From positions 1-64,000 of the forward strand of contig CAZVGK010000017.1 in NCBI GenBank assembly GCA_964626665.1: DNA of 64,000 bases. The letters run 5' to 3'. The stretch is from an uncultured Gemmatimonadota bacterium. Its GTDB lineage: Bacteria; SM23-81; DAOVCL01. The position numbers and the translations under genes were made by a program. The notes below the pieces were generated by a model. It made no database searches and was not told the origin of the DNA. It saw only the letters and a program-made list of their open reading frames with translations. Positions 8,629 through 19,256 of this stretch are shown one piece after another. How positions within the stretch are numbered: the stretch's first letter is position 1; each line of letters starts with the position of its first letter.

Positions 8629-10665
8629 ATGACCGCTACCCTTTATCCGGTTTTGGCCAGCTTAGTGGCCCTCCTTTTCGTTCTTTACTTAGCCTGGTCT
8701 ATGATGAAGGTTGATGCCGGATCAGATAAGATGAGGGAGATCTCCTCAGCCATCCAGGATGGGGCACGGACTTTTCTGCTTCACGAATATAGATATGTGG
8801 CCCTGGTGGTTATCTTAGTGGCTATCTTTTTGGCCCTGGGACCAATCATCGGCGGGAAGGTCAAGGTAAACTGGGAGACGGCAATTGCCTTCGTCATCGG
8901 GGCAACTGCCTCTGGGATAGCCGGGTGGACAGCTATGTGGGTGGGGACGCGGGCCAATTCCCGCACTGCTCAAGCTGCCCGCTCTGGGCTCAAATCTGCC
9001 CTCTCCGTCTCCTTCTCCGGAGGAGCAACCACGGGGCTTTCCATTGTGGGAGTAGCCCTTTTAGGCCTCTGTCTGGTCTATCTGCTCTTCGGTGGGAAAC
9101 CGGTGATCATCAATGGATATGCTATGGGGGCCTCCCTAATGGCCCTCTTCGCCCGTGCCGGGGGGGGTATCTACACCAAAGGGGCAGATATGGGGGCCGA
9201 CCTGGTGGGGAAGGTAGAGGAGGGGATACCGGAGGATGACCCTCGGAATGCTGCGGTAATCGCCGACAATGTGGGAGACAATGTGGGAGACACCGCTGGC
9301 TTAGGGGCAGATCTCTTGGAGTCCTATGTGGAATCGATTATCGCCACCATTGCCATTGGAGTTAGCCTAACGATGATCGGCTCAAAGCTCGTCCTCCTCC
9401 CCCTCTGGCTGGCCTCTTGGGGGATAATCTCCTCCGTCTTAGGGGTAATTTGGGTTAAGGTAGCCAAAGCGTCTGAACCCCAGAGGGCATTGAATATGGG
9501 CGTATACATAGCTGCTATCCTCATGGCCTTGGGGGGCTTTTTCATCATCAGGGGAATGGGGATAAGCTATACCGCTGGATCTCACTTTTATGGGGGCTTG
9601 GGGCTCTTCTGGGCTCTTTTAGGGGGGTTGGCCTCCGGCCTGGTAATTGGGAAAGTGAGTGAGTTCTATACCTCTTCCAAGTATAAACCGGTGAGAGACC
9701 TGGCCAGTTCCGCCCAGACAGGCCCAGCAGTGGTGGTAGTGAACGGCCTGGCCATCGGTATGGGCAGCACCCTTATCCCGGTGGTGGTTATCGCCGGGGC
9801 CACCCTCTTGGGGCATAGCTTCGCTGGGATGTATGGAGTCTCCCTGGCCGCCTTGGGAATGCTCTCCATATTGGGGATTACCTTAGCCGTTGATTCCTAT
9901 GGGCCGGTTGCCGACAACGCCGGAGGGATTGCCGAGATGGCCGGTCTTGCCCCTCAGGTGAGGAAGATTACCGATAAGCTGGATGCCGTGGGCAATACCA
10001 CGGCGGCCATTGGCAAGGGCTTCGCCATCGGCTCTGCCGCCTTTGCCGCCTTAGGGCTGATCACCGCCTATATCGCCACGGCCAACTCGGTGGCCGCAGC
10101 GAAGATATCCCTCAGGCTCACCGATCCTACCCTCATCGCCGGGCTTCTGGTGGGGGGAATGATCCCTTACCTTTTCTCCTCCCTTCTGGCGGGAGGGGTA
10201 GGGAAGGTGGCCTTCAAGATAATTGGGGAGGTAAGAAGACAGTTCAAGGAGATCGAGGGTTTAAGGGAGGGAAAGGTAAAGGCGGACTCCTCCCAATGCG
10301 TGGATATTGCCGCCCGAGGAGCGATACACAGTATGATGTTCCCTGGGATCTTGGCCATCCTCATCCCCATAGCCGTCGGCTTCCTCTTAGGTCCTGTCGC
10401 CTTGGGTGGTCTCTTAGTTGGGGCTCTGGTTACCGGCCTGGCCTTAGGCATCCAGACGGCCAACACCGGAGCCGCTTTGGATAATGCCAAAAAATATATC
10501 GAGGAAGGTCACTTTGGAGGCAAGGGAACCGAGGCCCACAAGGCGGCTGTCGTGGGGGATACAGTTGGCGACCCCTTAAAGGACACCCTGGGACCATCCA
10601 TAAACATCCTCATCAAGCTGATGTCGGTCATCTCCTTGGTCCTCGCCCCATTGTTTGTTAGGTAA
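8629..10665 (+). CDS. hppA: Membrane-bound ion-translocating pyrophosphatase, K+-dependent type, likely Na+-pumping
   Basis: [43 protein letters not shown] (Ala = K+-dependent), [10 protein letters not shown]. Confidence 0.93.
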   Translation: MTATLYPVLASLVALLFVLYLAWSMMKVDAGSDKMREISSAIQDGARTFLLHEYRYVALVVILVAIFLALGPIIGGKVKVNWETAIAFVIGATASGIAGWTAMWVGTRANSRTAQAARSGLKSALSVSFSGGATTGLSIVGVALLGLCLVYLLFGGKPVIINGYAMGASLMALFARAGGGIYTKGADMGADLVGKVEEGIPEDDPRNAAVIADNVGDNVGDTAGLGADLLESYVESIIATIAIGVSLTMIGSKLVLLPLWLASWGIISSVLGVIWVKVAKASEPQRALNMGVYIAAILMALGGFFIIRGMGISYTAGSHFYGGLGLFWALLGGLASGLVIGKVSEFYTSSKYKPVRDLASSAQTGPAVVVVNGLAIGMGSTLIPVVVIAGATLLGHSFAGMYGVSLAALGMLSILGITLAVDSYGPVADNAGGIAEMAGLAPQVRKITDKLDAVGNTTAAIGKGFAIGSAAFAALGLITAYIATANSVAAAKISLRLTDPTLIAGLLVGGMIPYLFSSLLAGGVGKVAFKIIGEVRRQFKEIEGLREGKVKADSSQCVDIAARGAIHSMMFPGILAILIPIAVGFLLGPVALGGLLVGALVTGLALGIQTANTGAALDNAKKYIEEGHFGGKGTEAHKAAVVGDTVGDPLKDTLGPSINILIKLMSVISLVLAPLFVR

Positions 10666-10683
10666 AAACGAAAGGAAGGCAGA

Positions 10684-12165
10684 ATGAGCAGGATGGGATT
10701 TACCTTAGTGGTTTCTTGGCTGTTCACCTTGGCAATGTTTTCTCAAGGCCTGGCCACCAGTGCACGAATTGCTGGTATGGGTGGAGTGTCTATCGCCGTT
10801 GACGATTTGGAGTCCGATCCCTTTGTCAACCCGGCTAAGGCGGTGAGGATTGGCAAACCTTTGGTTTTGGGGAATTTCTCCCATCAGGGCTATTCCTATA
10901 GGCACACCTATGAGCGGAGTGATGTAGATCGCTCAGGAAATTATACTTTTTATTATTCGGAAAAGGACCAAGATAGATCCTCCCACTCCTCCTCTATTTG
11001 TAGAGGGGCCTGGCTCTACCCCCTTGGCGCTAATGTGGTTCTGGCGGGCGGGTACCATTTTTTCTATTACAATAGTCTCTATAAATCCGAGGACTATAGC
11101 ACCGATAAGACAACTTTGGGGGATTCCACCACATCGACCTCGTGGCATAATGGTCATAATTCGTGGAAGTATAAGGTTCCGGAAAATGAGATCTCCCTTT
11201 TGGGAGGAGTAAGGATTATGCACTGGATTGCCCTTGGTTTTAGCACAGAGTTGATCTTGGAGAGCACAGCAAAGGAGACTGACAAGAACGAAAGCAGCCG
11301 TTGGTATTCTGGTATGTCGGAACCGTCACATCACGTCTGGGAATGGGGATATAAGAGGGACTTCTCTCGGAAGGGATTCACCGGGGGGTTCCTGGCCAAT
11401 TTAGGTGAAAAGATGGAAGTCGACGGCACCTTCTCCTACAGTGAACATAGTGAGGACCATTGGCAGACAAAGGAGGTGCGGGATTCAATAGTGGTTGAAC
11501 CCGATTCCCTCGCTCAACACAGGCATTTGTCAGATAAGAGTTCTCATTCCCTTTCCTTTGACCCTAAATATAGGCTTAACGAGTTGGTGAGGGTTGCATC
11601 GATAGTTTCCTACTCCTGGAGCAGGAGGACAGACAGTGAGAAGAATTTTGGGGTGAAGACGGATACCGGAAAAGAAAAATTCTCCTCTTTCAATATCGGC
11701 TTTGGCCTTTCCCTTACCCCAGATGAGAAGTCCTTAATAGCCCTTGATTTAATTATTTCGCCACAAAAGAGCACCCAGGATTTCTTCTACACCGAGACCG
11801 AGACAACTTCCACAGGAGAGATACACCAGAAGGGCGATGTCTCTCGGACTGAAGAAAGGGATTGTCTAAACAAAACCGTTCGCATCGGGATGGAAAGGGC
11901 CTTATCCGAGAATTTCTACCTCAGAATGGGGTCCAATTTCGTGATAACCAAGTATGATTTAAAAACTGATGACAAGGAAAACGAAAGCGAGAGGCACTCG
12001 TCTCCCTCGGTGGATAGGAGCATGCCTACCCTTACTGCCGGATTTGGTTATCTCTGGAATGATAGGCTCAGAGTGGACTATGCTCTTCAGGCCCGTCCAG
12101 GCAGTTTTATGTGGTATGGCCCATTGGAATTCAGTCATCAACTAAACCTTGTTTATCACCTTTAG
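10684..12165 (+). CDS. Hypothetical outer-membrane beta-barrel protein
   Basis: Signal peptide; ARIAGMGG...NPA N-terminus as in FadL/PorV-like barrels; alternating beta-strand pattern and C-terminal LVYHL. Confidence 0.6.
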   Translation: MSRMGFTLVVSWLFTLAMFSQGLATSARIAGMGGVSIAVDDLESDPFVNPAKAVRIGKPLVLGNFSHQGYSYRHTYERSDVDRSGNYTFYYSEKDQDRSSHSSSICRGAWLYPLGANVVLAGGYHFFYYNSLYKSEDYSTDKTTLGDSTTSTSWHNGHNSWKYKVPENEISLLGGVRIMHWIALGFSTELILESTAKETDKNESSRWYSGMSEPSHHVWEWGYKRDFSRKGFTGGFLANLGEKMEVDGTFSYSEHSEDHWQTKEVRDSIVVEPDSLAQHRHLSDKSSHSLSFDPKYRLNELVRVASIVSYSWSRRTDSEKNFGVKTDTGKEKFSSFNIGFGLSLTPDEKSLIALDLIISPQKSTQDFFYTETETTSTGEIHQKGDVSRTEERDCLNKTVRIGMERALSENFYLRMGSNFVITKYDLKTDDKENESERHSSPSVDRSMPTLTAGFGYLWNDRLRVDYALQARPGSFMWYGPLEFSHQLNLVYHL

Positions 12166-12168
12166 CCT

Positions 12169-13266
12169 ATGAAATTAGGCATTATCGGTCTCCCCAATGT
12201 GGGGAAGTCAACCCTGTTCAATGCCCTGACCAGGGCTGGGGCCGAGGCCTCCAACTACCCCTTCTGCACCATAAACCCCAACATCGGGATGGCCATGGTC
12301 CCGGATGCCCGGCTGGAGGAGTTGGGCAGGATGCTCAATCCTCCTAAGCTCACCCCAGTGCATATAGAATTTGTGGACATTGCCGGCCTGGTAAGGGGAG
12401 CACACCAGGGGGAGGGCTTGGGAAACCAGTTTCTCTCCCACATCAGGGGGACAGATGCCATCGTGCACATAGTGAGGTGTTTCCAGGCCAAGGATGTGGC
12501 CCATATCGAGGGGAACATCGATCCTTTGCGGGACATTGGGGTGGTGGAAACAGAGCTCATTCTCTCCGATTTAGAGGTGGTAGAGAAGAGGTTGGCCAAG
12601 GCCAGGAGGATGCTGAAGACCGGGCAAGCCAAGTTCAGGGACGAGGTGGAGTTCTTGGAGGGGTTGAGGGAAGGCCTAAACAAAGAGGAGCCTCCGCAGT
12701 TTAACCATCTGGACAAGCAGCAGGGAATCATCCTCAAGGAGATGGGTCTTTTATCCATCAAACCAGTCCTCTTTGTGGCCAACATCGATGAGGATCAGGC
12801 AGCGGATCTGGACCAAGCCGACCTGCAGGGGATCAGAGAGCATGCCCACAGGGGGGGGAGTGAGGCCATCCCCATCTGTTCCCAGTTGGAGAGCGAACTG
12901 GGGGAGGTAACCCCGGAGGAGGCCAGGGAGTTCCTGCAGGAGCTGGATATGGAGGAGACAGGCCTGGAGAGGTTAGTCAAGGAGTCATATAAGCTCTTAG
13001 ATCTGATCACCTTTTATACCACAGTGGGAGACAAAGAGGTGAGGGCCTGGCCTCTGAAAAGAGGGGGAACGGCAACCGAGGCGGCGGGCCTTGTCCACTC
13101 CGATATGGAGAGAGGGTTTATCAAGGCAGAGGTAATCGGTTTCGCGGATCTCCAAAGGTCTGGCTCTGAAGCAGTGGCCAGAGAGCAGGGTTTGGTTATG
13201 GCCGAAGGGAGAGATTACATAGTAAAAGACGGGGACATCCTGACCATAAAATTTAGAGCAACCTAA
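12169..13266 (+). CDS. ychF: Redox-regulated ATPase YchF
   Basis: GLPNVGKSTLFN, NYPFCTI, DIAGLV, GEGLGNQFL, TGS-type C-terminus. Confidence 0.97.
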   Translation: MKLGIIGLPNVGKSTLFNALTRAGAEASNYPFCTINPNIGMAMVPDARLEELGRMLNPPKLTPVHIEFVDIAGLVRGAHQGEGLGNQFLSHIRGTDAIVHIVRCFQAKDVAHIEGNIDPLRDIGVVETELILSDLEVVEKRLAKARRMLKTGQAKFRDEVEFLEGLREGLNKEEPPQFNHLDKQQGIILKEMGLLSIKPVLFVANIDEDQAADLDQADLQGIREHAHRGGSEAIPICSQLESELGEVTPEEAREFLQELDMEETGLERLVKESYKLLDLITFYTTVGDKEVRAWPLKRGGTATEAAGLVHSDMERGFIKAEVIGFADLQRSGSEAVAREQGLVMAEGRDYIVKDGDILTIKFRAT

Positions 13267-13270
13267 CATA

Positions 13271-13350
13271 TGGGGATTTCTAATTTTTGGACAGGATGAG
13301 CAGGATAAAACAAAAATCCTGTAAATCCTGTTATCCTGTCAAAAACCCCC
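13271..13350 (+). repeat. GACAGGAT...ATCCTGTC palindromic intergenic repeat
   Basis: GGACAGGATGAGCAGGAT...ATCCTGTAAATCCTGTTATCCTGTC; related copies at 2812, 18465, 20993-21226 and 61460-61545. Confidence 0.8.
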
Positions 13351-13392
13351 GCTACAGACGGTTAAGTTCAAACCGATACCAAGGAGAGGAAA

Positions 13393-13731
13393 ATGAGGAA
13401 TTATGAGACCATTTTTATCTTAGAGCCACTCTTAGAGGAGGAGAAGATCGAGCAGGAGGTGGAGAAGGTTAAGAAGGTGATTAGTGCAAAGAAAGGGGAG
13501 ATTCTACAGGAGAATAGATGGGGGATGAGGAAATTAGCCTATGCCATAAAGGGGAAGGAGCAAGGCTATTACACCTTATTGGTGTTCCGAGGGGGACCGG
13601 AGATCCCCGCGGAACTAGAGAGGAACTTCAAGTTGGATGAGAATTGCCTGCGTTATTTTACCACGGTGGCCACCAAGGCCACGATGAAGAAGATAAAGGA
13701 GGAGGAGGTCAAATCCAAGGAGGAGAAATGA
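13393..13731 (+). CDS. rpsF: 30S ribosomal protein S6
   Basis: [20 protein letters not shown]. Confidence 0.95.
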   Translation: MRNYETIFILEPLLEEEKIEQEVEKVKKVISAKKGEILQENRWGMRKLAYAIKGKEQGYYTLLVFRGGPEIPAELERNFKLDENCLRYFTTVATKATMKKIKEEEVKSKEEK

Positions 13732-13991
13732 GGAGGATTACCAAAAAGCCCAAGAGAGAACCAAGGAGGTTTGTGAGGAAGCCAAGGCCCTGTCCCTTCT
13801 GCCAGGGGGATAATGAATTGGTTGACTACAAGGACGAGCGGGTTTTAAGGAGATATATCTCTGAACGGGGGAAAATACTCCCGCGGCGGGCCACCCACCT
13901 TTGTGCTAAGCACCAGCGGCAGGTGAGCAAGGCTATAAAGAGGGCACAACACATAGCCCTCATCCCCTTCTCCACTGAGATCTACCATTAA
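13728..13991 (+). CDS. rpsR: 30S ribosomal protein S18 (Zn-binding form)
   Basis: ATG overlapping the rpsF stop; CPFC...DYKD...ERGKILPRR...CAKHQR. Confidence 0.93.
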   Translation: MRRITKKPKREPRRFVRKPRPCPFCQGDNELVDYKDERVLRRYISERGKILPRRATHLCAKHQRQVSKAIKRAQHIALIPFSTEIYH

Positions 13992-14002
13992 GAGGTGAGG
14001 GG

Positions 14003-14446
14003 ATGAAGGTCATATTAAGAGATGATATAACCGGCCTGGGCGGATGTGGAGAGGTGGTGGAGGTAAAAGATGGTCACGCCAGGAACTATCTTATTCCCAA
14101 AAATCTGGCCATAAAGGCCACCAAATCTACCCTCAAGGCCATTGAGGAGATCAGGAGACAGAAGAGGGCGCGGGACAACAAGAAGATGAGAACAATGGAG
14201 CTGCTAGCCAAGAGGATAGAGAAGATCTCCTGTACCGCCGCAGTGGCTGTGGGCGATGAGGATAAGATCTTCGGTTCGGTAACCAGTCAGACCATAGCAG
14301 ACCTCCTCAAGGAAAAGGGCTTTGAGATAGACCGGAAGAAGATCAGCTTGGAGGAGCCGATCAAGGCCTTGGGAGTTTACTCCATTCCCATTAAACTTGA
14401 CTCAGAAGTTACCGCCCGGTTGAAGCTCTGGGTGGTAAAAAAGTAG
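14003..14446 (+). CDS. rplI: 50S ribosomal protein L9
   Basis: MKVILR...VKDGHARNYLIP, KIFGSVT, IKALG. Confidence 0.96.
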   Translation: MKVILRDDITGLGGCGEVVEVKDGHARNYLIPKNLAIKATKSTLKAIEEIRRQKRARDNKKMRTMELLAKRIEKISCTAAVAVGDEDKIFGSVTSQTIADLLKEKGFEIDRKKISLEEPIKALGVYSIPIKLDSEVTARLKLWVVKK

Positions 14447-14456
14447 GAAGTCTGCA

Positions 14457-15560
14457 ATGGCTAAGGTGCAGCTAGAGGGTGTAGAGAAGGAGTTCGCTAA
14501 GGGGGTAGTGGCCGTAGAGGACCTTACCTTGGAGATCAAGGACAAGGAGTTTATGGTGTTGGTTGGCCCCTCCGGCTGCGGCAAATCTACCACCCTGAGG
14601 ATGATTGCCGGCCTGGAGGAGGTAACCAAGGGAAAGGTATACATCGGCGATAGGCTCTGTAATGATGTCCCTCCCAAGGACAGAAACATAGCTATGGTCT
14701 TCCAAAACTACGCCCTCTATCCCCATATGACTGCCTACCAGAATATGTCCTTTGGGCTAAAGTTGCGGAAATACCCCAAACAGGAGGTGGAAAAGAGGGT
14801 AAGGGAGACAGCTACCATCTTAGGAATAGAGGGACTTTTACAAAGGAAACCAAAGGAGCTCTCCGGGGGGGAAAGGCAAAGGGTAGCTGTGGGTCGGGCC
14901 ATAGTGAGGAAACCAGATGTCTTTCTCTTCGATGAACCCCTCTCCAACTTGGATGCCAAGATGAGGGTACAGATGAGGGCTGAAATCAGCAGATTGCACA
15001 AGAGACTGCAGACCACGATCATCTATGTTACCCATGATCAGATGGAGGCGATGACTATGGGGGAGAGGATTGCCGTGATGAAGCAAGGGATAATCCAACA
15101 GGTTGATACCCCCTTGGTCCTCTACCACCGCCCGCTAAACAAATTTGTGGCCGGCTTTATCGGTAGCCCCTCTATGAATTTCGTAGAGGGAGAACTGACC
15201 CGAGGGGATGGCGTGATCTTTCAGGCCAAGGGCTTTAAGGCAAAATTGCCCCAGACCCTTGCTCAAAAGATAGAACCTTTTTTAGGCAAGGAGGTGACCT
15301 TTGGCCTCAGGCCGGAGGAGATATATCCCCCGGATATTCCCTACCCCATCGAGGAAGGTGCTCGGATCAAGGTCAAGGTTGATGTGGTGGAACCAATAGG
15401 AAACGAGATGTTTCTCTACCTCCGCGTCGCGGGGGATCAGCTTGTGGCCAGGATGAGTTCGGATGTGAAGGTAACGGTAGGGAGGGAGGTAGAGGTCATC
15501 CTGGCAATGCGGAAGGCCCATTTCTTCGACTCCCAAAGCGAAAAGAACATCACTCCGTAG
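14457..15560 (+). CDS. Sugar ABC transporter ATP-binding subunit (MalK/UgpC/MsmX family), orphan
   Basis: GPSGCGKST, VFQNYALYPH, LSGGERQR, DEPLSNLDAK, FIGSPSMN, C-terminal TOBE-type region. Confidence 0.93.
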   Translation: MAKVQLEGVEKEFAKGVVAVEDLTLEIKDKEFMVLVGPSGCGKSTTLRMIAGLEEVTKGKVYIGDRLCNDVPPKDRNIAMVFQNYALYPHMTAYQNMSFGLKLRKYPKQEVEKRVRETATILGIEGLLQRKPKELSGGERQRVAVGRAIVRKPDVFLFDEPLSNLDAKMRVQMRAEISRLHKRLQTTIIYVTHDQMEAMTMGERIAVMKQGIIQQVDTPLVLYHRPLNKFVAGFIGSPSMNFVEGELTRGDGVIFQAKGFKAKLPQTLAQKIEPFLGKEVTFGLRPEEIYPPDIPYPIEEGARIKVKVDVVEPIGNEMFLYLRVAGDQLVARMSSDVKVTVGREVEVILAMRKAHFFDSQSEKNITP

Positions 15561-15561
15561 A

Positions 15562-15632
15562 GAAGCTTCGCCTTCCCGGCCCGGGACGGGCAAACCGACA
15601 AGGTGGGAAGAACATAAATTAGGCGAAGCTTC
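15562..15632 (+). repeat. ~70 bp palindrome-bounded repeat (GAAGCTTCGCCT...AGGCGAAGCTTC)
   Basis: Similar copy at 56875-56943 sharing internal CCCGGG...GGG..AACCGAC. Confidence 0.65.
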
Positions 15633-15902
15633 GAATTGCAAAGTGCAAAAGTCAAAATTACTTTCCCTTACAGGTTGGATAAGGCAACACCCTATCTTTC
15701 CATTTTACATTTTTTGCCGATCAATCGGGACATTCTGCATTTTTCATTAGCTGGCTTCAAAAACTTGACCTATCCCTTTTCTTTTGAACTGAATCAGCAT
15801 TGTAAAGAACTTACAAAAATTAGGGTTAAACCCCTCTTTCACCTAAAAGGTGAAAACCTATAGTTGGGTAGATTCTTGTAACATCTGTGAAAATCTGCGT
15901 TC

Positions 15903-16002
15903 ACCCCGTTAAATAATTTAAAAATAGACATCATCGCATCCACAAGCTTGCTTTTATTTAACGGGGTTCACCCCGTGAAATACGAAAGTATATTTAACGG
16001 GG
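15903..16002. mobile_element. Two tandem CCCCGT...AACGGGG mini-elements separated and flanked by TTCA
   Basis: TTCA-CCCCGTT...AACGGGG-TTCA-CCCCGTG...AACGGGG-TTCA inside an ATCTGCGTTCATCCGCGG repeat. Confidence 0.75.
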
Positions 16003-16246
16003 TTCATCCGCGGTTTATGCATATTTTGGGATAAAATCCTTCGAACTTTGAGACGACCTCAACGGAGGCTTAGCCCGGCCGTTATCTGACATTTGGCTAT
16101 GCATAATTTTAGGAGGTTAACTGTGATAGGTTCATCGCTAAAAAAGGAAATTCTCAAGAAACTTGATTTGCTCCCTATTGAAGAGCAACGGAGGGTTCTT
16201 GATTTTACTTGTCTTAGAAAAGGATAGCTTGCAGAATTGTAGTCCA

Positions 16247-16504
16247 CCCGAGTTATTCATAAGTTCCTGCTCAGATTCTTCGAGCCACCAATTTATTGAG
16301 CGGTCAGATGCCCTCATCTGACTGGCGTCGGCCAACCATAAAGTGCCCTTACCTGACGGCACAGGGGAGGGTGGCAGAATTCTTACCGCGCTGTCAGGGC
16401 TCTGCCCTGACAGAAATTCACTTGTAGGGACAGGGCTTCAGCCTTGTCCGAGGATAGCGGACAGACATAAATGTCTGTCCCTACAGAACAATGCATAAAT
16501 CTCT
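16247..16504 (+). repeat. Composite CCCGA..TATTCATAA-ended element carrying CAGATGCCCTCATCTG, GGTGGCAGAAT and GTAG-REP modules
   Basis: Modules shared with 54352-54417, 57007-57201, 62499-62620 and 62634-62806. Confidence 0.7.
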
Positions 16505-16689
16505 AAAAATCAGAGTATTAAGTTCATCCACTATTGGTTCGAGAACAATTCGGGTAAAGACTCAAATTTGGATTGCTATCTCAGTGTTTGTCCTCGTCGC
16601 CACTGTTAAGAAACGGTTTCATCTGGACCTCAGCCTCCACACAATTCTATTTTTAACCTTGGAACGACAATTACTACAAAGGGAGGGCT

Positions 16690-17913
16690 TTGCGGGCTGA
16701 GATCATAACCATTGGAGATGAATTGCTCAGAGGCCAAACCGCGGACACAAATTCGTCCTTTTTGGCCCAAAGGCTATCCCAGATTGGGGTAGAGCTGGCC
16801 CGGATAGCCACCGTAGGAGATGGCTTAGAGCAAATATCCCGTGAGGTTAAGGATGCCCTCTCCCGCTCTGATCTGATTATCACCACCGGCGGCTTGGGAC
16901 CAACCTCGGATGACTTCACCCGAGAGGCCCTGGCCAAGGCCTTGGGAAGGCCTCTGGTCTTTATGGAGGCTCTTTGGGGCAAGATAGAAAAGAGGTTAAG
17001 CCAGAGAGGCCTTGCCTCTTCCCCGGAGAATCGCTCTCAGGCATACCTTCCCCAGGGAACAGAGGAGGTTGCCAACCCCCTGGGAACCGCTCCAGGCATA
17101 CATATAGAAGTCGATAGCAAACATCTCTATGCCCTCCCCGGGGTTCCCCAGGAGATGAGGTCAATGGCCGAGAAATATCTTTTCCCTGAGCTAAGGGGGA
17201 AACCTATCCCTTACCAGGTCTTACGGACAACGGGCATCCCGGAGTCTCAGATTTATGCCCGCATAAAGCCCCTCACCGGATCGGGAAAGGTAAGGATAAG
17301 TTTCCTTCCCTCCCCCCGGGGGGTTGACCTGAGGGTAGAGGCAACTCACCAGGGCACATCTGAGGACCTCTCCCGTGCGGTGGCAGAGATTAAGGGGATA
17401 ATAGGTGAAGCCATCTATGGAGGGGAGGGAGAGGAGTTAGAGGTGGTGGTGGGAAGGCTTCTCACCCAGAGGGGGGAGACCTTATCCGTTGCCGAATCCT
17501 GCACCGGTGGCCTGATCGGCGATCGGCTCACCAACATTCCAGGGAGTTCCCATTACTTTGAGCGAGGGGTAATTAGCTACAGCAACCGGGCCAAGCTAGA
17601 GCTTTTGGGGGTTCCCTGGGAGATGATAAAAGAACACGGCGCGGTAAGCCCACAAACTGCTATAGCTATGGCCAAGGGGATAAAGGGAATTTCGAAGACC
17701 AATTACGGGCTCTCGGTAACCGGCATCGCCGGTCCCACAGGAGGGAGCCGCGAAAAGCCTGTCGGCCTCTGCTACATAGGATTTGCCCACCAAAAGGGCA
17801 CCTCCTCCCAGAAATTCCTCTTCCCGGGCCCCCGCAGAGCAAACAAGGAGAGAGCTGCCCAGGCGGCCTTAAATATGGTGCGGCTATTCCTTCTCAGAGG
17901 AGACAAAAAGTGA
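16690..17913 (+). CDS. cinA: Competence/damage-inducible protein CinA (MocF + PncC domains)
   Basis: IGDELLRG, TTGGLGPTSDD, LPGVPQEM, AESCTGG, TGIAGPTGG. Confidence 0.95.
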   Translation: MRAEIITIGDELLRGQTADTNSSFLAQRLSQIGVELARIATVGDGLEQISREVKDALSRSDLIITTGGLGPTSDDFTREALAKALGRPLVFMEALWGKIEKRLSQRGLASSPENRSQAYLPQGTEEVANPLGTAPGIHIEVDSKHLYALPGVPQEMRSMAEKYLFPELRGKPIPYQVLRTTGIPESQIYARIKPLTGSGKVRISFLPSPRGVDLRVEATHQGTSEDLSRAVAEIKGIIGEAIYGGEGEELEVVVGRLLTQRGETLSVAESCTGGLIGDRLTNIPGSSHYFERGVISYSNRAKLELLGVPWEMIKEHGAVSPQTAIAMAKGIKGISKTNYGLSVTGIAGPTGGSREKPVGLCYIGFAHQKGTSSQKFLFPGPRRANKERAAQAALNMVRLFLLRGDKK

Positions 17914-18467
17914 TCAGGAGCTTCGTTGCCCTGGATATCCTCCCCCAGGTTAAGAAAGAAATAGGGGGGATAATAGGGAAGCTGAAGAGGTTAGGTGGGA
18001 ATGTTAAATGGGTGAGGTCAGAGAACCTCCACATAACCCTCAAGTTCTTAGGAGAGGTAGTGCCGGAGACCTTGGAGGAAGTTTATCAGGTTGTGGAGGA
18101 AAGCGTCAGGGGAACCAAGGCCTTCTCATTTTCCCTCTCCGGGGCAGGCATCTTCCCTAATCCCAGAAGACCGCGGGTATTCTGGATAGGGATCAAGGAG
18201 GAGGGGGAATTGGCGAGGCTCTCCCGCCGTTTAGATGAAGGACTGGAGGCTTTAGGCTTTCCAAGGGAGAAGAGGGGTTTCTCCCCCCACCTCACCATAG
18301 GTAGGGCCAGAACCTCCCAGGAGATGGAGAGATTGGTAGAGGGAATAAGAGAGATGGAATATAGTTCCGGGAAGATAGAGGCCTCCTCCCTCTTCGTGAT
18401 GAAAAGCAAGCTTACCCCCCAGGGCCCCATCTACTCCCCGCTAAAGGAGTTTAAGTTCAAAATATAG
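17910..18467 (+). CDS. thpR: RNA 2',3'-cyclic phosphodiesterase
   Basis: Two 2H motifs, HITLKFLG and PHLTIGR; cinA-thpR-recA synteny. Confidence 0.93.
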   Translation: MIRSFVALDILPQVKKEIGGIIGKLKRLGGNVKWVRSENLHITLKFLGEVVPETLEEVYQVVEESVRGTKAFSFSLSGAGIFPNPRRPRVFWIGIKEEGELARLSRRLDEGLEALGFPREKRGFSPHLTIGRARTSQEMERLVEGIREMEYSSGKIEASSLFVMKSKLTPQGPIYSPLKEFKFKI

Positions 18468-18751
18468 AAAATCAATTTTTAGACAGGGGGAACAGCATCC
18501 ATTAAAGGCCGAAAATCACTGAACAGTAAAGAGCTTAAAAGATTGAGTTAAACCACTCCCCCATCTGAAAGGTGAAAGCCTACATTCTCGACGATTCTAA
18601 TATAATCGGTGGAAATCCGTACTACAATTTTGCAAGATCTTGTTTTTTGGGCAAAGTTTATTAAATTAGGTAGACCCTTTCCCTGGTATAATTAGGACGC
18701 AGATTTTCGCCGATAACCGCAGAAAGTTAAAATCCTGACAATCTGCGTTCA

Positions 18752-18818
18752 CCCCGTTAGATAAGATGTTAAAACTCATTAAATTTGATAAAAGACCTAA
18801 TCTAATTATCTAACGGGG
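18752..18818. mobile_element. CCCCGTTAGA...TCTAACGGGG mini-element nested in a GGACGCAGAT/ATCTGCGTCC repeat
   Basis: Terminal inverted repeats; flanks TTCA/TTTA. Confidence 0.75.
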
Positions 18819-18876
18819 TTTATCTGCGTCCAAAAAAGGAATTTCCTATGCTTTCAAGTTACCTTGAGTGGAGGAT

Positions 18877-19027
18877 TTCTACCGCACTTTAGTGCGGGTT
18901 AAGGGCCTTTAGGCCCTCTATGGTGGAGTGCGTTAACTCCTGTTGACACAAGCTGTGACACGAGTCACAGCACTCCAAACGGGCTAAAGCTCCGAAAAGG
19001 TTACCCCCTGCTTTAGCGGGGGTAGAA
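18877..19027. repeat. REP-like composite (TTCTACCGCACTTTAGTGCGG, GGGCCTTTAGGCCC, GGGCTAAAGCTCCGAA)
   Basis: Same modules in reverse orientation at 49304-49530. Confidence 0.75.
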
Positions 19028-19256
19028 GTGTAGGGGTCGCATTTATACAACTATCTATTCGTGTAGATTCGTTTATTTGGGTCATTCGTGTTCCATAGAT
19101 TCAGTGAAATCGGCGTAATCTGTGGCTGGTGCCTGATTGCTGCTTTGCCGCGCCGTGAAGATCCGTGCCCACCTGCAGTTTATGCATTTTGGGGGTTGTT
19201 TCCCGTGTTTATCAGCGGAAATCCCCATCAAAATTTAAAGAAGGGAGGTGAGAATA

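Noticed and set aside
15585-15632. c-di-GMP-I riboswitch (GGCAAACC)
   Set aside because: The downstream GNRA/GACGCAAAGC elements are absent and the second copy lacks the word.
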